This document shows positions 15,839 through 22,666 of a stretch of DNA of 64,000 nt, piece by piece. Position numbers and translations under genes: made by a program. The stretch's first letter is position 1, and each line of letters begins with the position of its first letter. Source of the stretch: Acidimicrobiales bacterium (GTDB lineage: Bacteria; Actinomycetota; Acidimicrobiia; Acidimicrobiales; Aldehydirespiratoraceae); assembly GCA_965207755.1 (NCBI GenBank), contig OZ242297.1, positions 2,311,406-2,375,405 on the forward strand, written 5' to 3'. The notes beneath the pieces are model-generated. The model made no database searches and was not told the origin of the DNA. It saw nothing but the letters and a program-made list of their open reading frames with translations.

Positions 15839-18128
15839 GCACGCCGCCCACGGTGATGGCGAAGTCGTAGTCGTCGTAGTTCAGCAGAAACACCACCAGG
15901 AAGTACCTGTTCTCGCGGTCGATTCGGCGCACCTGGATCGGGCCGTAGGTCCCGTCGTCGCGGGTTGTCTCCTTGTAGGGGGTCAGCTCGCTCACATCGA
16001 CGATGCGGTCGGCGTCGTCGAGCCGGGTCAGGTACACCCGCAGGTCCTCGACCACGAAGTCCGCCGCCTCGCCGACGACGCTGGGATGCGAGGTCGGCTC
16101 CTCCTCAAACTCGATGAACGTCTGGTAGACGTAGGCCAACTCGTCGCGCGACACGCCCTCGGGGCGGACGATGTGGGGGTACCATCCCAGCACGTGCTCG
16201 ACCTGATCCCAGGTGTCGGCCCAGAACCCCGGACTGTTCTCGACCCAGAACGAACGCCGCAGGTCCGGCTCGGGCGTCAGCTGCGCGCTCACCTCCAAGC
16301 CGATCGACTCAGGGTCTGAGGGCCCCTGATATCCCCCTATCTCGAAGGGCGCCACCTCGCCGGGCTGCACCGTCAACGGGAACACCCACCTGCCTTCGCC
16401 CGCAGACACCGTCACATGGCGAGCGAACAGCCTGTCGGACATGTTCTGCACCAGGCCCCTGACCGTATCGCCGTCCACCAGCACCGAATCCAGCCGCACC
16501 GCCACCTCGTCGCTGAACACGTCTGAGTCGTAGCGGTCAGGCCAGTGGTCCGAGTACCCGAACTCGATGATGCTCCAAGGCTGGGCCTTCCTCAGCGGCC
16601 CCGGAAGATCAGCAGCCGCACCGTCGCCGCCGGGCGTCTCAGAGCCCGGCCGCGGACTCCCATCGGGCCCGTCGGCGCCCTCGGCGCCGTCGTGGGCGCC
16701 GCCCACGGTGATGCCGAGGTTGAATCTGCCGTAGGTGCTGCCCGGGGTCGGCAGGAACACCACTAGGCGGTGTCTGTTCTCGCGGTCGGCTCGGCGCGCC
16801 GGGACCACGCGGCGTCTGCCGTCGTTGCCGGTCACCTGTGCGTAGGGGGTCAACTCGCTCACGTCGAGGACCCTGTCCTCGTCGTCGAGCCGGGTCAGAT
16901 AGACCCGCAGGTCCTCGACCACCAGGTCCGCCGCCTCGCCGGCGACGCTGGGATGCGAGGTCGGCTCCTGAAGCGAGACGGACGTCTCGTAGGCGTGGCC
17001 CCTGTCGCCGCGCGACACGCCCTCAGGGCGCACGATGTGGGGGAACCGGCGATACACCTCCTCGATGTGGTCCCAGGTGCCGGCCCAGACGCCGGGCAAT
17101 CCCGAGACCCGGAACGAACGCCGCAGATCCGGCTCAGGCGTCAACTGCGCGCTCACCTCCAAACCGATCGACTCAGGGTCTGACGGCCCCTGATATCCCC
17201 CTATCTCGAAGGGCGCCACCTCGCCGGGCTGCACCGTCAACGGGAACACCCACCTGCCTTCGCCCGCAGACACCGTCACATGGCGAGCGAACAGCCTGTC
17301 GGACATGTTCTGCACCAGGCCCCTGACCGTATCGCCGTCCACCAGCACCGAATCCAGCCGCACCGCCACCTCGTCGCTGAACACTTCTGAGTCGTAGCGG
17401 TCAGGCCAGCCGTCCAAGTACCCCAACTCAAAGAAGGCCCCATTTCCCAGCGCGCGCCTCAGCGGCCCCGGACCATCAGCAACCGCACCGTCGCCGCCCG
17501 GCGCCTCAGAGCCCGGCCGCGAACCCCCATCCGGCGCCTCGGCGCCCGCGCCGGGCTCTCGGGCGCCCCCGACGCCGTCAGGCCCGGCATCACCGGACGG
17601 ATCCTCCCCATCAGCCGGGCCGGCAGCATCCCCGGACACCGCGGCCCGCCCCACCGCCACCGCACCAACCCCCCGACCGGGCATCCCGCCAGCGGACCCG
17701 TCGCCGGGCGCGAGCGCCTCCGCGGCGGCGTCACGGACCCCGGCCCCCGCACCGGGCATCCCGCCAGCGGACCCGTCGCCGGCGCCTCCCGCCGCTGCGA
17801 CCGCACCCGCAGCATCGCCGGCGTCCCGGCGTGGGTCAGCGATCCCGAAGCCGTCAACGGCACCGGAGCCGGCGTCCTCGAACCACCCGCCGCCGGAGCC
17901 GGAGCCCGTGCCGTCGAACCACTCCGCACCACCGCCGGGCGTGTCGGGCGTGTCGCCCGCACCGGACGCGGCGTCGGGCCGCCCGCAGCCCGCCAACAAC
18001 ACAGCCGCAACCCACCAGACCAGCAGCCGCCTCCGCCCAGTACCGCACCCCCGGCCAAGCACAGCAACGTCGCCCGCCCGCTCGGCCCCATCCGCCCCGA
18101 CACGCCCCGCGGGCGTCCGGCCCCGCAT
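15822..18128 (-). CDS. Uncharacterised lipoprotein with two tandem LVQN/QPGEVAPF modules, copy B (768 aa; alternative ATG at 18152)
   Basis: Same architecture as 9821..12121. The ATG at 18128 lies 2 nt after the stop of the 884-aa gene. Confidence 0.8.
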   Translation of the reverse strand: MRGRTPAGRVGADGAERAGDVAVLGRGCGTGRRRLLVWWVAAVLLAGCGRPDAASGAGDTPDTPGGGAEWFDGTGSGSGGGWFEDAGSGAVDGFGIADPRRDAGDAAGAVAAAGGAGDGSAGGMPGAGAGVRDAAAEALAPGDGSAGGMPGRGVGAVAVGRAAVSGDAAGPADGEDPSGDAGPDGVGGAREPGAGAEAPDGGSRPGSEAPGGDGAVADGPGPLRRALGNGAFFELGYLDGWPDRYDSEVFSDEVAVRLDSVLVDGDTVRGLVQNMSDRLFARHVTVSAGEGRWVFPLTVQPGEVAPFEIGGYQGPSDPESIGLEVSAQLTPEPDLRRSFRVSGLPGVWAGTWDHIEEVYRRFPHIVRPEGVSRGDRGHAYETSVSLQEPTSHPSVAGEAADLVVEDLRVYLTRLDDEDRVLDVSELTPYAQVTGNDGRRRVVPARRADRENRHRLVVFLPTPGSTYGRFNLGITVGGAHDGAEGADGPDGSPRPGSETPGGDGAAADLPGPLRKAQPWSIIEFGYSDHWPDRYDSDVFSDEVAVRLDSVLVDGDTVRGLVQNMSDRLFARHVTVSAGEGRWVFPLTVQPGEVAPFEIGGYQGPSDPESIGLEVSAQLTPEPDLRRSFWVENSPGFWADTWDQVEHVLGWYPHIVRPEGVSRDELAYVYQTFIEFEEEPTSHPSVVGEAADFVVEDLRVYLTRLDDADRIVDVSELTPYKETTRDDGTYGPIQVRRIDRENRYFLVVFLLNYDDYDFAITVGGVHDGAG

Positions 18129-18130
18129 CG

Positions 18131-20785
18131 TCACACTCGGTGCCAGCTGCATGTCCCCTGTGTGGGGCAGTGCTTGATGTAGAGGACCCTGGTACCCACA
18201 GCATTCACGAACCAGCCGTAACCATCACCGACACCAGCGCCCACTTCGCGGGCGTACTTGTTCTTGGGGACGCCCCTGATGAGGGTCTCGGCGTAGCCGG
18301 TGCCGGTGCCGGCCTCGCCGATGTCGTTGGCCGGGAACGCCGCGTACTTGGTGCCGTCGGTGTCGGTGAAGGACACGAACCCCAACGGCAGCGGGGTTAT
18401 GTCATACCAGATCTCGAAAGTTCCGCAGCCGGCGTCCTTGCAGTGCTTCCTGGTCCTGCCGTCGGGGTGATAGACCGTCGCGCCGCCCTCGGCGTTGGCG
18501 ATGTCATACCAGTGGCAGTCGAAGGGCTCGCCGCCGGTGCCCCACCGGCAGCGGCGATCCTGCACCCCTCCGTCGGGATCTGAGCCCGCCACCCGGCGGA
18601 CCCTCAACGCGTCGTTGGCGTCGTCATAGATGGTCTCAGCTATAGGGATGCAGTGATTGATGTCGGGATCCTCCCCGAACCGCTTCTGCGCCTTGCACGC
18701 AAGCCAGGTCTCAAGCTGTTTCTTGAGTTTCTCCTCGCTCGCGCAGAGCCCGCCGAAGAGGTGCTTCGCGACCTCGACGGCGGCGTGGTTGACGTTGGCC
18801 CGTTTGGCGTGGTGCCACTCCTTGACCGGCTCCCACAAGTCGAGTTGCCACGGGCCCACGCCGGGGCTCCAGTGCGCGCGCGGCTCGCCGGTCTGGGTGC
18901 CCTTGGAGAACAGGCCGGTGCTCTCATCGTTGGTGAACAGCGAATCCCACCGCGACAGGTCCATCAGCGACGGGTTGTCCTTGTGGAGTTCGCGGATCGG
19001 TATGGCCAGCACGTACGCGGCCAACTCGTTGGCGGTGACCGGATCGCTGTCTCGTGTGACGCACTCCCTGCCGGCGTTGCCGTCGATCACCCGGCGAGCC
19101 GCGGACATGACCCCGTCGATGATCGCGGCGCCGTACCGGTAGGCCGCGGTGCGGCACCGCTGGTCGGCGGGGTTCCTGAACAGCGGAGAAGCGCACACGC
19201 GGGGCCGGCAGCCGTCGTCGGAGCCCCTGGCGAACGCCGACATGTAGGTCTGATCAGACGGGCACACGTTCACCGCGGACACCGAGAGGGTGAACCCGCC
19301 CGGGTTCCGGTCGGCGCGTCTGGCTACCTCGACGGTGTAGCGGCCCACCATCCCCTCGGGGTTGAGCAGCGCGCTGACGGTCGCGGCGCGGGCTTCGCCG
19401 CCGGGGCTGGAGGCCGTGTGCAGCGGCTTGGCGCTGCCGGCGTCGCCGTCATGCACATACACATCGATGGCATGGTCAGAAACCGCCACGACGGTGACCG
19501 TCGCCGCCTCCGCCAGCGTGAGCGTGTAGCGCTTGGCGTAGTAAGGGGTCTGGTCGCCGTGCTGCGACGACTTGCACGACGACACCCACACGTTGCCCAC
19601 CCGGGCCCCGCCGAGGGTGATCCGCAACTCGCAGACAACCGGCGACACCACGGTGAAGACCGCCGTCTTGCGGGCGGCGGCGTAGCCGTCGCTAAAGCAC
19701 CTGACCGTGACCTGCACTTCGCCCACCGCCGATCCGGTGTCCAACCTCACGCTGCGCTGCGTGCCGTCGTCGTCGGGGATCGGCAGCGGCGCCGACAGCG
19801 GGCCCGACCCCTGCCACGCATAACAGTTCGCGTCGCCTGGAACCACACCGAAGTCCGCATCGATCGGCGACACGTCCGAGACGTCCCCCAAGCCGGTGAT
19901 CGCGACCCTGGCGGGTGTGGCGGGCTCAGGCTCGTCTGAGTCCGTGTCAGGCTCGTCTGAGTCCGTGTCAGGCTCGTCTGAGTCCGTGTCAGGCTCGTCT
20001 GAGTCCGTGTCAGGCTCGTCTGAGTCCGTGTCAGGCTCGTCTGAGTCCGTGTCAGGCTCAGGCGTGTCAGGCTCGGGCTCGTCTGAGTCCGTGTCAGGCT
20101 CGTCTGAGTCCGTGTCAGGCTCAGGCGTGTCAGGCTCGGGCTCGTCTGAGTCCGTGTCAGGCTCAGGCGTGTCAGGCTCGGGCTCGTCTGAGTCTGTGTC
20201 GGGCTCAGGCAGGGTCGTCGTGGTGGTGGTACTCGTCGTTGTTGTGCTCGTCGTGGTGGTCGTGGTGGTGGTGCTGGTCGTTGTTGTGGTCGTGGTGGTC
20301 GTGCTGGTACTGGTCGTGGTGGTGGGGTGGGTGTGGGGCACTGGGTCCGCGGTCACGTAGCGGTAGCAGGAGATGGCGCGCCCGTAGGCCTCCTGGGTGT
20401 AGCCGCCGGGGCAGCGCATCGACGTGCGCGTCGACCACGCGTCCACCGTCTTGTAGCAGCCAGCCCCGATCCTGCGATACCCCGCCGAGCACACATAGCG
20501 GGTCTCAGTCACGGTGCGGGTGCGGCCCCTCACCCAGCACCCCGTGCCCGAAGTCGCCGACGTGCTGCAATAGCGCGTGCCCCTGATCCCGCGCCAGTAG
20601 CCCTGACGCACGCACCCCGCCCGCGTCGCCATGTCGACACACACCGTCTTCGTCGTCGTCCTCGCAGTGGCGTCCACCCGCACGCTGCGGGTACACGACG
20701 GACCGCTCCGCACCCCGAGACAGACCCTCACCGTCGTCACCACCACCGGCGCGTACTCGCGTTTGCGGCAGCCCGAACCCTTCAC
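18131..20785 (-). CDS. 884-aa multidomain protein: Cys-rich repeats, poly-Thr/Ser linker, DTDSDEP acidic heptad repeats, a PPC-like beta domain (tentative), a possible lysozyme-like region (tentative) and a conserved C-terminal domain
   Basis: Long ORF with coding-type repeats and visibly lower GC than its neighbours. The GTG start overlaps the stop of the 72-aa leader ORF (GTGA). No signal peptide at the annotated start. Confidence 0.75.
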   Translation of the reverse strand: MKGSGCRKREYAPVVVTTVRVCLGVRSGPSCTRSVRVDATARTTTKTVCVDMATRAGCVRQGYWRGIRGTRYCSTSATSGTGCWVRGRTRTVTETRYVCSAGYRRIGAGCYKTVDAWSTRTSMRCPGGYTQEAYGRAISCYRYVTADPVPHTHPTTTTSTSTTTTTTTTTSTTTTTTTTSTTTTSTTTTTTLPEPDTDSDEPEPDTPEPDTDSDEPEPDTPEPDTDSDEPDTDSDEPEPDTPEPDTDSDEPDTDSDEPDTDSDEPDTDSDEPDTDSDEPDTDSDEPEPATPARVAITGLGDVSDVSPIDADFGVVPGDANCYAWQGSGPLSAPLPIPDDDGTQRSVRLDTGSAVGEVQVTVRCFSDGYAAARKTAVFTVVSPVVCELRITLGGARVGNVWVSSCKSSQHGDQTPYYAKRYTLTLAEAATVTVVAVSDHAIDVYVHDGDAGSAKPLHTASSPGGEARAATVSALLNPEGMVGRYTVEVARRADRNPGGFTLSVSAVNVCPSDQTYMSAFARGSDDGCRPRVCASPLFRNPADQRCRTAAYRYGAAIIDGVMSAARRVIDGNAGRECVTRDSDPVTANELAAYVLAIPIRELHKDNPSLMDLSRWDSLFTNDESTGLFSKGTQTGEPRAHWSPGVGPWQLDLWEPVKEWHHAKRANVNHAAVEVAKHLFGGLCASEEKLKKQLETWLACKAQKRFGEDPDINHCIPIAETIYDDANDALRVRRVAGSDPDGGVQDRRCRWGTGGEPFDCHWYDIANAEGGATVYHPDGRTRKHCKDAGCGTFEIWYDITPLPLGFVSFTDTDGTKYAAFPANDIGEAGTGTGYAETLIRGVPKNKYAREVGAGVGDGYGWFVNAVGTRVLYIKHCPTQGTCSWHRV
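19915..20210. repeat. Coding tandem repeat (21-nt unit GGCTCGTCTGAGTCCGTGTCA and longer variants) encoding DTDSDEP / PEPDTPEP; followed by a poly-Thr-encoding tract at about 20215-20335
   Basis: Read directly in the DNA. The units are contiguous with no spacers, and they lie in frame inside 18131..20785. Confidence 0.9.
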
Positions 20786-21000
20786 CGAGAACCCTCCGGG
20801 CAGCGCACATCGGCCGCCGCTGACCCCGCACCGAGACGCCGCAGCCGCTCAGGCGCGCCCTCCAGCCCAGGAAACCCCACCAGACCGAACACCGCCACCG
20901 ACACCGCCAGCAGCCACAACAGACCCCGACGCGCCCAGCCCCGCCGGGCCGCCCCGCCTCCGCACGGCGACCGTCGCTGCACCCCCAAAACTGTACACAA
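20782..21000 (-). CDS. 72-aa leader ORF with a signal-peptide-like hydrophobic segment (may be the detached N-terminus of the 884-aa protein)
   Basis: ...RRGWARRGLLWLLAVSVAVFGLVGFPG... The same ORF is conserved in the remnant at 12209..12430. Its stop overlaps the downstream GTG. Confidence 0.5.
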   Translation of the reverse strand: MCTVLGVQRRSPCGGGAARRGWARRGLLWLLAVSVAVFGLVGFPGLEGAPERLRRLGAGSAAADVRCPEGSR

Positions 21001-21089
21001 CCCTCACCGGCCGCCACAGCCGCCCACCCCCGACACACCGGCTGCCATGCGCCCGGCCGCCGCACGGCCGTCGTGCAGGCGGCCGCCGG

Positions 21090-22481
21090 TCAGCCCAGAG
21101 CGTCCAGAACCGCGGTGGCCACGAAGAGGTCGCCGCCCCGCTTGATCGTCAGCTCGACGGGCTCGCCCGGCCTGCGCAGCTTGATCGCGGCCGAGAGCTC
21201 CGTGATGTCGTGCATCGGCTCGCCGCCGAGGCTGACGATCACGTCGCCGGCCTCCAGCCCGGCCTCCGCGGCCGGGGATCCGGGCAGGACTTCGGCCACC
21301 AACACCCCCACGTCGTCGCCCTCGGACGCCTGGCCGCTGATGCCGAGATACCCGAGTTCCAGCGACTCCCCGTTGATGATGCGGGTGGCGATCAAGTCGA
21401 CGGTGTCGCTGGGGACAGCGAAGCCCAGACCGATGCTGCCGCCCGTGGTGGTCTGGATCATGGTGTTCATCCCGATGACCCGGCCCTGCCAGTCGGCCAG
21501 CGCCCCGCCGGAGTTGCCCCGGTTGATGGCGGCGTCGGTCTGGATCATCTCCACCGGCACCGGCGAGCTCGGGTCGGCGCCGCCCTGGACCTGGATCCTG
21601 ACCGCGCTCACGATCCCCGCGGTGACCGTGCCGGTAAGGCCGAGCGGACTGCCGATGGCCACCGCCAGCTGACCCACCCTCACCGACGAGACCGGCGCGA
21701 AGGTGGCGGCCACCAATCCAGCGGCCCCCGGATCGACCCGCACCACCGCCACGTCGTGCCCGGACGACCCGCCGACGACCTCGCCGTCGAGACGGGTGCC
21801 GTCCGACAAGTGGACGGTCACGCTCTCGGCGCCCTCCACGACATGCTGGTTGGTGACGATGTAGCCGTCGTCGGCGTCCCAGACGATGCCGGAGCCCAGA
21901 CCGAAACCGATCTGGGCATCGACCTCGACGAGCACCACCGACGGGCTCAGCGCCTCGGCCACGGCCACCACCGGCTCATCGGAGACGGCCGGCGCCGGAT
22001 ACTCCGAAGCCGCGGCCGGGTCCCCGGCCGCCGCAGCCGAAGCCGCCCGCCCGTCAGGGGCCGAGCCCTCGACGGCGGGCTGTTCCGCGACCGGGGATCC
22101 TCCGGCGCCGAGCAGCCCGGCGGCCGGCGGCTCGCCCGCGGCCCCCTCGGCGGCTGCGGCGGATTGGGATCCGGTCACCGCCGCGACCTCCTCGGGAGAG
22201 GCCGGCCGCAGCGACGGGGACGCCCCGCCGTCCTGCGAGCCACCGAGGAGCGCCGCCGCGACGGCGACCGCCGCGACGGCGGCGAGACACGCCGACAACA
22301 GCGCCGCGGCGAGCACCCTGGCGGGCCGCCGGGGCGCGGGCGGCGGGGCGGCGGCAGCCTCGGGCGGACGCAACACCGCCGTCCGGGCCGGCCGGGGGCC
22401 GGCGCGGCCCGCCGCTCCGGCCGCGGCGGCCTGCGGCGGCCGCACCACCGCGGTGCGGCTGCGAGGGTCCGGATCCTGCAT
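21090..22481 (-). CDS. htrA: HtrA/DegP-family serine protease with N-terminal membrane anchor and C-terminal PDZ domain
   Basis: The ATG at 22481 gives MQDPDPRS... Features: TM segment LAAALLSACLAAVAAVAVAAALL, GSGIVWDADDGYIVTNQHVV (His), HDVAVVRV (Asp), TDAAINRGNSGGAL (Ser), and a PDZ domain GVLVAEVLPGSPAAEAGLEAGDVIVSLGG. Confidence 0.92.
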   Translation of the reverse strand: MQDPDPRSRTAVVRPPQAAAAGAAGRAGPRPARTAVLRPPEAAAAPPPAPRRPARVLAAALLSACLAAVAAVAVAAALLGGSQDGGASPSLRPASPEEVAAVTGSQSAAAAEGAAGEPPAAGLLGAGGSPVAEQPAVEGSAPDGRAASAAAAGDPAAASEYPAPAVSDEPVVAVAEALSPSVVLVEVDAQIGFGLGSGIVWDADDGYIVTNQHVVEGAESVTVHLSDGTRLDGEVVGGSSGHDVAVVRVDPGAAGLVAATFAPVSSVRVGQLAVAIGSPLGLTGTVTAGIVSAVRIQVQGGADPSSPVPVEMIQTDAAINRGNSGGALADWQGRVIGMNTMIQTTTGGSIGLGFAVPSDTVDLIATRIINGESLELGYLGISGQASEGDDVGVLVAEVLPGSPAAEAGLEAGDVIVSLGGEPMHDITELSAAIKLRRPGEPVELTIKRGGDLFVATAVLDALG

Positions 22482-22666
22482 CTCGCCATAGAAGCTAGAC
22501 CGAGCCGGTGAGAGATCGGTAAACCCGGCCCCGGCGACACCCCGGACAGCGACGAGGAGGCGGACCGGGCTGCGACTCGCTCGGCGGGTTTTCGTCCACG
22601 AGCGGTTCGAGCCGGAAGCGGTGCTCGGGAAACTCGCCCGAGGCTCGGGTTGCGCCGCGATCCGAC

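Noticed and set aside
19915-20210. Regular 21-bp repeats that could be mistaken for a CRISPR array
   Set aside because: The units are contiguous with no unique spacers. They are in frame within a long ORF and encode an acidic heptad repeat (DTDSDEP). They are followed by a poly-Thr tract. This is a coding low-complexity region.
20775-20795. Programmed -1 frameshift joining the leader ORF to the 884-aa ORF
   Set aside because: There is no slippery X XXY YYZ heptamer or obvious downstream structure at the overlap (TCTCGGTGAAGGG). A GTGA stop/start overlap (coupling) or an indel are simpler explanations. I kept it as an open question in the findings rather than as a claim.
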